Shown: piece by piece, positions 32,127-42,429 of the stretch
Position numbering within the stretch: the stretch's first letter is position 1
Layout: each line of letters opens with the position of its first letter
Assembly: GCA_963703955.1 (NCBI GenBank)
Contig: CAVPGK010000015.1
Span: 128,001-192,000, forward strand
DNA from: Nitrospirota bacterium
GTDB lineage: Bacteria > Nitrospirota > Nitrospiria > Nitrospirales > Nitrospiraceae
DNA: 64,000 nucleotides
Direction of reading: 5' to 3'
Notes under the pieces: generated by a model
Databases searched by the model: none
Told to the model about the DNA's origin: nothing
What the model saw: only the letters and a program-made list of their open reading frames with translations
Translations under genes and position numbers: made by a program

Positions 32127-32849
32127 TTACTGCTTGGTCAGATTTGGCTTGTCCGCGCCACCATAATCGCTCTTGTTTGAGGTCCCATATCCCCAGCCGG
32201 GCTGCGGTTCGCACTGCCAGCAGGGCGCCGCGCCGGTCATTTCACCAACGTTGCTGCTGATACCAGAGTGAATATCGCCGGGCAACACCACACCGACAAC
32301 ACCGCCGTGGGAAGACGCGCTCTCTGTCACGATCCCACGCTCGGTCTTCGGATCAGGCCGCTGGCCCAAGCCTCCGAACCCCATCATCTTTTCGTTTTCA
32401 CGAATGACGGTGATCTCACGGACGAGTTTCCTGCCTGTGCCGTACGGCTGCTTCGCGGTCGTTTCTTCGCGGACCTGCAGGCTGACGTCATCACCGGTGT
32501 CGACTATTCGGATCTGATCCATGTTGGTCTCACCGTCAAAATATGCCGTCAACGACGACATCGCACCTTGCCCCGCGCGCCCCTCATCGTGCGAGCTTCC
32601 GCCTGTCTCCAAGAGGATCTTCCCTGCCGGAATGTCGATCGCGAGGATACGTCCATAGATGGTTTCGGGCTGAGACAGCCTTTCGAGTAAGGCGCTCTTG
32701 TCCCAGATTTGGGAACGTGTGCCCGTACCGGCACTTTCGCCAACCCCGGTGCCGAATCCGGAGTGCTGCGGCAGTCGCTCCTGGGCCACAGCCACACCGA
32801 GAGAGCCTGCAAGCAGAATCACTGCTCCAACTATAATTGCCTTACGCAT
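32127..32849 (-). CDS. Exported hypothetical protein
   Basis: Signal peptide, AGGAGG RBS, followed by a terminator. Confidence 0.75.
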   Translation of the reverse strand: MRKAIIVGAVILLAGSLGVAVAQERLPQHSGFGTGVGESAGTGTRSQIWDKSALLERLSQPETIYGRILAIDIPAGKILLETGGSSHDEGRAGQGAMSSLTAYFDGETNMDQIRIVDTGDDVSLQVREETTAKQPYGTGRKLVREITVIRENEKMMGFGGLGQRPDPKTERGIVTESASSHGGVVGVVLPGDIHSGISSNVGEMTGAAPCWQCEPQPGWGYGTSNKSDYGGADKPNLTKQ

Positions 32850-33069
32850 GTGCTGCCCTCCTTAAAGTGAGTGAGCCGGTATGTAAAGATGACGACTAAG
32901 CGGAAACGCCCGAGATCATTCGATAAGGTTCACGGACAAGCGAAATATAGGCCAATCAAAAAACCCTGTCAAGAGGATTTCCAGTGGCATTCTTGAGAAA
33001 AAACTTGCAGTTGTAATATGCCGAAATTTGACGATTCAGCCGCTACGCCGCCTGGGTCGCTTCTCGTCA

Positions 33070-33156
33070 TGGTGCCCGGAGGGAGGGTCGAACTCCCACT
33101 CTCTTGCGAGAACCAGATTTTGAGTCTGGCGCGTCTGCCAGTTCCGCCATCCGGGC
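33070..33156 (-). tRNA. tRNA-Leu(CAA)
   Basis: GCCCGGATGGCGGAACTGGCAGACGCGCCAGACTCAAAATCTGG...GTTCGACCCTCCCTCCGGGCACCA; long variable arm. Confidence 0.96.
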
Positions 33157-33191
33157 AGCCTTTTATATCGCGCAGTTCTCTACCTGGGCCT

Positions 33192-34055
33192 CTACCCCCT
33201 CCTGCGAATCCCCCGCCGGGCCTGACGCCGCAGCAGGGCGAGGGCCATGTCCCGTTCCGCCGTGCCTGTGGCGGGCGCGATCTGCAGGTCCACACAGAGG
33301 CCATGCCGATTCTCCATCAAGGCGTGGCCCGAGAAGCACAGTTTGGCTTCTTTGCCCGTGCTCTTGCGGGCCAGCAAGGCGTCCGGGTCGGTCGTGCTCT
33401 GATGGGTGGCATTGGTGCGCCGCTCGCCGTGGAAATTGACCGTGGGATTGCCCGGGTCATCCGGCGGCGCCGTCGGGGTGGGAGCGGTCTTCGGCTTGAC
33501 ACTCTTGAGCGAAGCCCAGGCCTCGATCAGCGTGCCGTCGACGGTGAAGTGCTCATCCGAGAGCAGCCCCGCTCCCCGGGCATACCCCACGACGGCATCG
33601 AAGAACTTCCGTGCGGCTTCATGCGCCAGCAACCGCTCGCTGTTCTGACTGAAGGTGCTGTGATCGAACACCGGTTCATCGAGGTTCATGTCCAGAAACC
33701 AGCGGAACAGGATGTGGTACTCCAGCATCTCACAGAAGAGCCGATGGCCTCGGATGGAGAACAACGCGATCAGCAGTTCGCCTTTCAGCAGGCGTTCCGG
33801 GGGAATCGAGGGCCGCCCACTCCGGCTGTACATCGCCTCAAACGTCGGCGCCAGCCGCTGCACCACCTGGTCAGCGATCGCTTTGATCGAGCGCAAGGGA
33901 TGGGTCGCGGGCACTCGGGCTTCAGGCGAGAGGTAGCTGAACATCATGGCTTGGCCGCTGACGTATCCGCGCATCGTGCCTCCTTGGGAGTGAGTGGGCT
34001 GATGCGCCGTTATACTACGTATGTCGAGAAAGGCAAGGCCTTTTTCAACATCCTG
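33192..34055 (-). mobile_element. IS5-family element, 3'-truncated (transposase ORF 33192-33974)
   Basis: GRPSIPPE, FRWF, DHSTFSQN, VDGTLIEAWAS; left end CAGGATGTTGAAAAAGGCC next to CTAG (34056-34059); ORF stops before the later catalytic residues; no right end seen. Confidence 0.85.
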
Positions 34056-34998
34056 CTAGTGTTATATAGGTGTTAATTCCAGACGCAGCTTGCTTCAGAT
34101 CGGCCTCGTCAATGGTGTTGTATCGCTTATACATCTTCTCCGACCGATGACCGATGATCGCCATGGCCGTCATCACGTCCACCCCTGCTCGTCGCATGTT
34201 CGTTGCGGCGCAGTGTCGAAGGTCATGTGGAACCGGAGGTTGGTGATCTTCGCTCGTTCCTTGGCATTCTCGAACGCCGTGCGGACGCTCTGGATAGACT
34301 CTCCGTTCCGCAGAAACACGCGATCTTGACCGAGGTATCGGACCTTATACAGGTCGCGGAAGACCTCTGTCAATTCAGGCGTCAACGGCACTTTCCGGGG
34401 CTTTCTGGCCTTGGTATCCTTGGCCGTCAGCGTGATGATTCCCCGCTTCAAATCTACCCGGTCCCAGGTCAACCTGACGATCTCCCCGTAGCGCAGTCCC
34501 AGGTGGTAGGCAACCTTGAGGATTGCCTTGAGATGGAGAGCCGCTTCCGCATACAGCCGAGTCCACTCTTCCGGCGTCAAAACCCGGTCTCGCTCGTTGT
34601 ACGGGTCCGGCATGGCCACCCTTGAAGCCGGATTAGCCATGAGCAAGCCCCTTTTCACAGCCTGATACAGCATTTGTTTCAGGATCGCATGGTCCCCCAT
34701 TGAGGGTCGCCATCGTTGGAGGCTTGCCGTTCTTCAGTCGCCGTTGAGCACGGTAGGCTTCAACATCGTCCGGCGTAATCTCGGTCAGGAGCTTGTCTCC
34801 AAAGAATGGAACCAGCCAACAATTGACCTTCTCGACATGGTTTCGGTATGAAGCTAGATTCTTGACCTCTGGAATCTCTAAGTACTTCTGTCCCCAAGCT
34901 CGGAAGGTCATGAGGCCGGGCAGCTTCTCGCTCTTGATCTCACCTTTGCGACTAGCGGCACGGGCTTCGTTGTAACATCGAAGCCACTGGATTACCAA
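34056..34998 (-). pseudogene. Tyrosine integrase, frameshifted and N-terminally degraded
   Basis: GLRYGEI, HDLRH, GHRS, KRY spread over shifted frames; breaks near 34697 and 34226; IS5 sits at its C-terminus. Confidence 0.85.
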
Positions 34999-35565
34999 CC
35001 GTGCCTCTGGCTAATGCAAATGCAGATTTTAGAGAAATGAGCCCCAGCAATTTTTTGTCCCTCCAAGCGCGATCCCAAAATGACACCCTAACTCATGCCC
35101 AGGCGGGTGTGCCTAGACGTGCAACGAATGCCTCTGCTTTCTGAAAATCCACCACCTAGCTCACGTTTTTCAGACGATCGTTCCGGGGATGACCCTTGGT
35201 GCCGCTAGCCACTAGATCGTGTCAGCTTCATGGGGCGCGCCGTTGCCTACCATCCGCATGATGAACCCCGTCACGTATCCATTTTGATAGGAGTCCGTAG
35301 TACGGATGTTCAGCCCGCACAGACCCATTAGAGATCGCCTATCCAAATACCGCAATAGGTCTCTTGTTAAGCACAATGTTGAATCACGTGCATTAAGCAG
35401 CTGCACTCTGGCAGGTAGCCAAAATGAACAACCGAACGACTCCCCGAGGTGTTGCAACCCAGGCACGGCCGTCTGTCAGTTCATCTCAAATTTAATACTG
35501 TTGACTTTACTTATTTTCTGATCCATGCAAAGATTCGTTAAACTTAGACGCCTGTCTGCCCCGAA

Positions 35566-35581
35566 TGGCATGGCGGTTGCC
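35566..35581 (+). promoter_or_regulatory. sigma54 -24/-12 promoter
   Basis: TGGCAT-GGCGG-TTGCC upstream of the small ORF at 35627. Confidence 0.55.
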
Positions 35582-35626
35582 CTAACCTAGTGACAACGAA
35601 CGAAAGAATTCCAGCCCAGGAGATAT

Positions 35627-35782
35627 ATGCTGCTGAACATTGTCATCGCATGGCTGTTCTTGGACATGGTCGCTCTACTGATCGTGTGGCACGATTACCA
35701 CCGGTGGTACCGCAATGTTGAACCGATCAACGATGAGGAGAATATCCCTGAGACCTCGATAGATCGTCTCCCCGCCGCTTAG
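35627..35782 (+). CDS. 51-aa single-TM small protein, copy 1
   Basis: MLLNIVIAWLFLDMVALLIVWHDYHRWYRNVEPINDEENIPETSIDRLPAA; AGGAG RBS; paralogue at 42277. Confidence 0.7.
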   Translation: MLLNIVIAWLFLDMVALLIVWHDYHRWYRNVEPINDEENIPETSIDRLPAA

Positions 35783-36136
35783 CCCTCAGGTCTTGATACA
35801 GTTCCCCTTTTTCCCCATCCAGCGCGAGGCGAAAAAGATCTCTGTCCCTTAATAGAGCGTCCACTCGCGAAGGGCAAGCATAGTTGCCATGGGCTGATGT
35901 CCGCCTTCACTTCCGTCACCGTCGCACTGTTAGACCCATGGGCCGCCTATTAACGGGGGATACTGGGAACTATGATCCGAAGCTCATTTCAGGCGTCTTG
36001 ATAACTCGAAACCTATTGTTCGCAAAAGGTATAATTCACGGAGCCACCTTCTTTAAAGTGACACATAGCTATTCACTCAGTTCGCCACATTGGCTAGATC
36101 GTTTCGGGATCTTGAAGAAAGGATAAAGGAGGTTGT

Positions 36137-36613
36137 ATGGCTCACAAAAAACTTGTTATGGAACACGATAAGAGAATTGCACTTGTCGCTCACGACAATA
36201 AAAAACGGGACTTGGTGGAATGGGCCAGGTATAACCGCGATCTTTTGGCACACCACAAAGTGTATGCGACAGGCACCACGGGCGAGCTTCTGGAAAGGGA
36301 ACTGGGGTTCAAAATCACGAGATTGCAAAGCGGCCCTTTGGGCGGGGATCAGCAAATCGGGGCCAAGATTGTCGATGACGAGATCAATTTTCTCATCTTT
36401 TTCTGGGATCCGCTCGAACCTATGCCACATGACCCCGATGTCAAGGCACTCTTGCGCATGGCCGTGGTGTGGAATATTCCCATTGCCTGCAATCGGGCTT
36501 CAGCTGATTTCATGATCTCCTCTCCTCTCATGGATGGCGTGTATGATCGTCTGGTACCCGATTATGAGGGCTATCGCTCTCGGAGCATCGACAGGGATGA
36601 CCGAGCACGCTGA
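36137..36613 (+). CDS. mgsA: Methylglyoxal synthase
   Basis: IALVAHDNKK, ATGTTG, SGPLGGDQQIG, PHDPDVKAL. Confidence 0.96.
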   Translation: MAHKKLVMEHDKRIALVAHDNKKRDLVEWARYNRDLLAHHKVYATGTTGELLERELGFKITRLQSGPLGGDQQIGAKIVDDEINFLIFFWDPLEPMPHDPDVKALLRMAVVWNIPIACNRASADFMISSPLMDGVYDRLVPDYEGYRSRSIDRDDRAR

Positions 36614-36964
36614 GGCGCTAATCACCATTTCCTGGAGTAAGATGGTCCTTGAGAGGGCTAGGCTGTCACTCGAACATATTTACGGTCCGCTCAAGCCGCC
36701 AGCACCTCAGCTCAGCGGCACGTGTACATGGCGACCTTGAGCAGAAGGCAGCGGAGGTGAGTCGATGCGAAAGGATGACCGCGCAGGGTCTTCCTTGAGC
36801 CGGCCAGACAGTGCACTGGCGTTATTGCGGGGTTACCGCATATGATCCGCCTGCCTCCGTATAACGATGTCCCGACTTTCTCGTCAAGGCGTGTGGTGTG
36901 CTGGGGAAGTGTGAAGGCGACCGCTATCGGTGCCGATGTTGGGCAGTGATCGGTTTTGATTTCC

Positions 36965-37189
36965 TTATTGACAAGCGATGACCTCGCCTTCCTTTCCGCA
37001 CTCAATGCATGTGCCTTGCTCAAAATACATTCCCCTCTGATTCATCAAGGTAGAAACTTCCTCAGACAGCAAGGACGGCTTTTCCGCGTCGGTCATCCCG
37101 ACTTTTAGTTTGATAAAACACTTAAGGCAAAGACTTGGCTCTTTCGATTCTTCCAGAAAGTCTTCTACTAAGTAGTTCATCTTCCCCAC
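36965..37189 (-). CDS. Small Cys-rich hypothetical protein
   Basis: CLKC and CIEC motifs. Confidence 0.5.
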   Translation of the reverse strand: MGKMNYLVEDFLEESKEPSLCLKCFIKLKVGMTDAEKPSLLSEEVSTLMNQRGMYFEQGTCIECGKEGEVIACQ

Positions 37190-37223
37190 ATGCGGACTGT
37201 TTGCCCGGCTTGCGCCTATCCTC

Positions 37224-37463
37224 TTAGCCTATTGCGACTAGGAACACCTTGTCGTTGTCCTTCTGTGACGTAAGTTTTCCTGTGTTTGGACAGGTAAGCA
37301 CGTTAGCTCCGATGTTCGCTAAAATAGCTGGTAGTGCTTTGCCTGCGTATGTAGCACCGATGCTCGCTCCAGTTAAGGGACCATCCTCCATGGGTAAGAC
37401 GAGTCGCATCGGATGGACCTCCGAGCACTCGTTGCAAAAGAAGTAAAATGAGTACGTGGACAT
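37224..37463 (-). CDS. Small putative Zn-binding protein
   Basis: CNECSEVH...CPNTG; RBS; diverged copy of its 3' end at 37490-37552. Confidence 0.65.
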   Translation of the reverse strand: MSTYSFYFFCNECSEVHPMRLVLPMEDGPLTGASIGATYAGKALPAILANIGANVLTCPNTGKLTSQKDNDKVFLVAIG

Positions 37464-38007
37464 GGTTCCTTCAGCCCTCCCTCCGCTCTCTAGCCTATTG
37501 CTACCAAGAACACCTTGTCGTACTCCTTCTGTGATGTGCGTTTTCCTGTCTCGATTCCCCTCGGCCCACCGCTCGGTTCGGCTCGTTGTCGGTGAACCAA
37601 CAAAGAGACCAGAAGCGGCCGACTCTCACGAGCAGTGTGGGCGTCAGGAGCTATGACGTGGGTAAAGAGAAAGGGAACCGACGAGAATCAGAGGCGAAGC
37701 ACGGTGGTTTTCAGCAGCACGTCGAGCGGAGGGCCCTTTTGGAAGACGTAATCAGGCAGATGCTGGTCTGGTACTGGTCCGTCGAACAAAAGAGAGAGTT
37801 GGGTTGTGTCCGCTAAGTCGAATGTATGATGATACTTCAGGGGCTGTAGTTCGGGGGAAGCTGGGAGGTCGGTCAGATACTAGCTGTTGTTCAAAAGTAC
37901 GTCACTGATAATCCGAATGAGTGGCACAGGCAGATGCCGGATATTATGTTCAGGGCGCTCAGCGACGCATGTAAAAAGGAATAGAAATACTTTTGGAGAA
38001 GAATCGT

Positions 38008-38036
38008 TTGACACAGGTCCTCATCGCGCGTAGCAT
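38008..38036 (+). promoter_or_regulatory. sigma70-like promoter
   Basis: TTGACA-17-TAGCAT. Confidence 0.5.
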
Positions 38037-38226
38037 CTATCATGACGTGCTAAGCCTCGCTGGCTGTCCTGTCTTTCGCGCTTTCTGATTCATTCCCGCG
38101 CGACCGATTCCCCAGTCTCCGCCGCTTTCTACGCCAAAGTCTCCCTGCGATTCGTTGTCTTCAACGTGCATCGGCCTTTACGCTGATCAGATGTGGCCGA
38201 GATTCAGAGAAAGGGAGGGGAGCGGT

Positions 38227-38316
38227 ATGTATCCGGAATTAATTCTGCTGGGACTGGTGTGCCTGATGTGGGGCGCGACAGTAGTATGGACTTCCTTTAT
38301 TGAGAAGAAGCAATAA
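38227..38316 (+). CDS. 29-aa hydrophobic peptide MYPELILLGLVCLMWGATVVWTSFIEKKQ
   Basis: GGGAGGGGAG RBS; one TM helix and a charged C-terminus. Confidence 0.5.
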   Translation: MYPELILLGLVCLMWGATVVWTSFIEKKQ

Positions 38317-38465
38317 GTGTGGTCGCCGTTCCCACAGTGGGATCGAAGGGTTACTAGTTGAAGGAGCAGGCTGCACAATCCTGACCTAGACCCATGATTA
38401 TCCACAACGCCGCGTTGGGCGCATTGTCCACCTTCCTGAGAATAGAGGAGGAATAGGAATAGACC

Positions 38466-38660
38466 ATGGCGACTTGTCCAGAATGTAACAGGAATAGTCT
38501 GGAGTTTAGCGAGATCAGGAAGGCCGCGTGGTGTCTGTATACCGACTGCGAGTTCAGTCAGCCGGTGAAAAGCCACGAGGAATACATTCGAGAATTTGAG
38601 CCCCCGGCCGAAGTACCTCGGAAACAAAATGAAAATATCAAGGCGGCAGTTATCCCCTGA
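38466..38660 (+). CDS. Small Zn-ribbon protein
   Basis: CPEC...CLYTDC; GAGGAGG upstream. Confidence 0.6.
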   Translation: MATCPECNRNSLEFSEIRKAAWCLYTDCEFSQPVKSHEEYIREFEPPAEVPRKQNENIKAAVIP

Positions 38661-39353
38661 CATGCCCAGGCACTCTGCCCACGTACTAGCTGACCCGACG
38701 TAATAAAAAGAGAAGTGAAGGGCAGGCATGAAACAACTGAATGAAGCGTATGGTCGTGGAGCATTGGCAATTCTATGGTCAGTGCTGCCACTCTTATGGA
38801 AGGCTTTAATGCGCTCACGAGCATATTTGCATACCTGGCTTCCCCTCGTACTTGATCCAGTTACCTTAGCTCTAGTCGCATGTTATTGTTGGCCAGAGCG
38901 AAGGAAGGGTCGCCATGCGGTATAGCGATTGGATGTTGAGTCAGGGTGTCAAACCGAACACCACCCATAGCAAAGGAATAAGACCAATTCTAATGTCTGC
39001 TCTCTTTCTACTTCTGATCATCCTGGCAGGTATCTTGATTGCCATCGGCGCGTTCAGCGGATATTGACTGAATTTCGTGGCAGACATTAAGGGAACGACC
39101 ATAAGATCTGCTATCACTCTGTTAGAAGGCACATATGTTCTTTCATTGGGTGCCCCTTTTGCCCTCCCTGCGCGAGGCGAAAAGGGGACCCAAGCTGATG
39201 CCCGGTGGGGGGCGAACCCATCGCCACCGATTAGACGGGATAGGTTGCGCCAGGGTTGCGGATGTGCGGACAGGTGGCCCTCTCCTGACCGTCCTGTCTG
39301 CTGCCTCGCGTATATTTACGCGGTTGGCGTAGTGTTAGAAGGAATACCTAACC

Positions 39354-39400
39354 GACTCTTAATCAGCGGGCCGCAGGTTCGATCCCTGCACGGCCCACCA
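39354..39400 (+). other. 3' half of tRNA-Lys(CTT); att-site remnant
   Basis: GACTCTTAATCAGCGGGCCGCAGGTTCGATCCCTGCACGGCCCACCA with no 5' half upstream. Confidence 0.8.
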
Positions 39401-39439
39401 ATTTTTCATAGCAGTCCTTTTCTAGCCGATGTTCTTCCA

Positions 39440-40987
39440 TTATAGAGAAGAATGCGTTGCACTTATCGGAAAGAAAGGTCTTGCCTGGACACCAGGAAGT
39501 TCAACTCCGAGGCAGAAAGCGATGGTAGGGGCGAAGCTCATAATCGAAACGGGTTCCGTGAGCTGCGCGGGCAAGATCGAAGGTCCAGTAGCGAAAAAAA
39601 TCCCTTCGGATTTATGATCTCCCGTCCGGCCGCCCAGATACTTCCCTTCTATTGTGCCGATCTTCGGTGAATAAATTGAGGAAATGGGGGCCTCTCTATT
39701 CCACTCTACCATCAGGTCGGGGAGATCGTCGATGCACCGCCCACTGAAGAGGTCGGTTGTCTTGAGCACTCGCTGCACCACAGGTTTCCCTGTCTCCACA
39801 TTGACAAGCATCAAGAGGTCTCGAGCGAGTTCCTCACACAGTTGATCGTAATCGGGACCGCGATGGACGAAGCCATAGGGTTCACGGCCAACTAGGTTGA
39901 TCCGAATGCCACCGTACACATCGTTATTGGGGATCTGAAAAAAACGTTGGTTGGCCAACTCATCACTTGCCGGCAATCCATGGCCTGAGCCAATACGAGC
40001 CCGAACGGTAGTGAGAATGGGCTTGAGGGCTTGCCGGATAATCGAAGGTGTATGTTCCCAACACCGCCGGAGGATGTTTCCTGTCCTCTTCATTATCTTT
40101 CTACTCCGGGCGCTTTCAAGGCGACGGAGCACTTCTTCAAGGAGGAACGTCCCATCGTAATGTGGCCCCATACCGTGACTTGCGACCACGAAGACCGTCG
40201 TGTCCTCCCCAATTCGTTTGAGGAGTTGACCAACAGCCGCATCAATGGCGATGTAGACCTGCTCGATCGGGTCACCTAGAGCAGCAGTCACTTCTGGATC
40301 ATGTCGTGGGTGGGTTGCATCATGTAGATGCCAACACTGATGGCCTACGCAGTGGCTTTCACTGAACACTGCGAGAAAGAAATCCCAATTGCTTTGATCA
40401 AGAAAATATTGAACAAGGTCTAGTTTCATCCTGACTCTGGTGAGCAAGGCATCACGAAGGCAAGTAAATTCAGGCATCCCGCGCTGTTGTGAAGCATCGC
40501 ACGTTCCTATTAATGGGTCTCTCCCAAAGCGTGATGCGATCTGTGAAGCTAAGACAGGAGGCCAGGTACAGAAATCGCCTTCGGGATCATGGCCTGTCCA
40601 GTCAACCACGTGAATCCCGTTGATATTCTCGCTGGGAAAGGTCTTTGGAACGTCTATTACAGCCACTCGATATCCCGCTCGGCTGAGCACATTCCAAAAC
40701 GGCTCCTTCTTGACATTTCTTGGAATGAATCTGATATTGCTGTATGAGCCGGTGATGATCTGGTCAAAGCAATAGCGTCCATGCTCAGCAGGGGACACTC
40801 CAGTGTAAAAGGAAGGCCAGATCGCCCCGACAAAAAGGCCAGAAGGGCTGGTAGTGATGCCCCAGGTAGCCCTGGTGAGGAGAGACTGAAACGTAGGGAG
40901 CCGCCCTTCGCGAGCCCACTGTAAAAGGAGGTCCTTGTCAAGGGCATCTAAACCAATACACACAACTTTGGGAGAGTGAAAACTCAT
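39440..40987 (-). CDS. Alkaline phosphatase superfamily / type I phosphodiesterase
   Basis: IGLDAL, WPSFYTG, HCVGHQCW, ASHGM, GDH. Confidence 0.85.
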   Translation of the reverse strand: MSFHSPKVVCIGLDALDKDLLLQWAREGRLPTFQSLLTRATWGITTSPSGLFVGAIWPSFYTGVSPAEHGRYCFDQIITGSYSNIRFIPRNVKKEPFWNVLSRAGYRVAVIDVPKTFPSENINGIHVVDWTGHDPEGDFCTWPPVLASQIASRFGRDPLIGTCDASQQRGMPEFTCLRDALLTRVRMKLDLVQYFLDQSNWDFFLAVFSESHCVGHQCWHLHDATHPRHDPEVTAALGDPIEQVYIAIDAAVGQLLKRIGEDTTVFVVASHGMGPHYDGTFLLEEVLRRLESARSRKIMKRTGNILRRCWEHTPSIIRQALKPILTTVRARIGSGHGLPASDELANQRFFQIPNNDVYGGIRINLVGREPYGFVHRGPDYDQLCEELARDLLMLVNVETGKPVVQRVLKTTDLFSGRCIDDLPDLMVEWNREAPISSIYSPKIGTIEGKYLGGRTGDHKSEGIFFATGPSILPAQLTEPVSIMSFAPTIAFCLGVELPGVQARPFFPISATHSSL

Positions 40988-42276
40988 AAGTCCCTCTCTA
41001 TCCCCTACTCGGTTGGTCTTTCGTCTCAGTGTGGTTCCCTTCCTTCATCATGGGCAGACACAACCTCCGGCAAGACGGCTGATTTTAACCAAAAACTCAC
41101 ATAAAAGAGATATCCCCCTTTCGAAGCAGGCACCCGAAGAGCACTCCCCTCTGACCGATTGTTAACTAGCAGATGTGCTTTTCGATCTTTATTGACCGCC
41201 TATGGAACATGCTGAAGCGCGTCTGGGCGCATTCCTGGAGAGGGCGGACGACCGTCGGATAACATCGCCTCAGAAGACGGACCCCCCTTTTTCTAATTTC
41301 CCAAAAAATTCTCTTCATACCTTTACCGTGACCCTGTATGCCTAGCTACCTTACCTGTGCCTGACGACCACCTTAGCTGGCGGAACAAGGGTGCCACCGG
41401 GGTAGTGTTAATACGGTGTTAGCGAGAGAGACAAATCAAGGAAATGGTACAGGGAGACAAGCGATTCTTTATTTGATTGACGCCCCCCCCTTTTTGTAAC
41501 CGTGCGCATCGCCGGGTCCCATCTCAAGTCCAGCCCCGGCGGGGGGTGTGCCCACACGTGCAACGAATGCCTCTCCTTTCTGAAAATCCACACCCCCTAG
41601 CTCACTTTTTTCAGACGATCGTTCTGGGGATGAGCTTCGGTGCCGGTAGCACCGAGATCGTGTCTGCTTCATTGGGCGCACCCGTTGTCACAGTCGCCAT
41701 GATGAACCCCGCATGTATCCATCTTGACCGACCTGTATCCATCCAGATAACTCACCACAAGCTGGCCTTGGCCCGTGACGGCATAATAACCTGTCCCGTT
41801 GCGGGCTTCTGTCTTCATCTCCTGTTCGAATATGACGGCACGCTCGTTGCTCATCGCTCCCATCTAGAAACCATCAAGCAAGGCAACGTCATCTGTGGAG
41901 CGTATGATGCCAATTGTATTTGTCCTGGCTGCACTCTGTATCTTTGTGGTCTGGGAACTGGTCCACGAGAAATTATAGTGGAGTCGGCAGGGAACCCATC
42001 GAGTAGGGCCCAGGCCGGGGGAAGGGCATGCCCATCTGGTTCTGTCTCAAAACTGATTCTTTGTATCGCAACGGACACATTGCGGGGATCTCTGTTGAGC
42101 AAGCACATCAAGCACCGCTTCCACTCAGTTCACCCGTCAATCAGGCCTGCGATGGAATCACCGAGTAACAACGCCCATTTCGGAAGGGACATCAACTCGC
42201 TCAGCAGGAGACACAAAGGCATGAGCATGGCTACGTGTAAACTACAGGTCAAACCTCTCTCTCCTCGAGGAGTAAC

Positions 42277-42429
42277 ATGCTCAACATCGTAATCGCATGG
42301 CTGATCTTGGACATTGTGGCTGTACTGATGGTGTTGCACGATTACCACCGGTGGCACCGCAATGTTGAACCGATCAACGATGAGGAGAATATCCCTGAGA
42401 CCCCGATAGATCGTCTCCCCGCTGCTTAG
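42277..42429 (+). CDS. 50-aa single-TM small protein, copy 2
   Basis: MLNIVIAWLILDIVAVLMVLHDYHRWHRNVEPINDEENIPETPIDRLPAA; GAGGAG RBS. Confidence 0.7.
   Translation: MLNIVIAWLILDIVAVLMVLHDYHRWHRNVEPINDEENIPETPIDRLPAA

Noticed and set aside
33018..34076. 352-aa plus-strand ORF and other long antisense ORFs (e.g. 16558, 18912, 59011)
   Set aside because: Shadow frames of GC-rich genes on the opposite strand; 33018 also overlaps the tRNA
36756..36838. c-di-GMP-I riboswitch-like words (GAAA hairpin, GCGGGGTTACCG)
   Set aside because: The second stem and GCAAA junction do not fit and no plus-strand gene follows; a cmsearch would settle it
37224..37552. Diversity-generating retroelement TR/VR pair
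   Set aside because: Mismatches are not restricted to adenines and there is no reverse transcriptase in the window
41477..42292. 271-aa plus-strand ORF
   Set aside because: Runs through non-coding repeats, has no RBS or recognisable motif, and the duplicated segment looks coding on the minus strand
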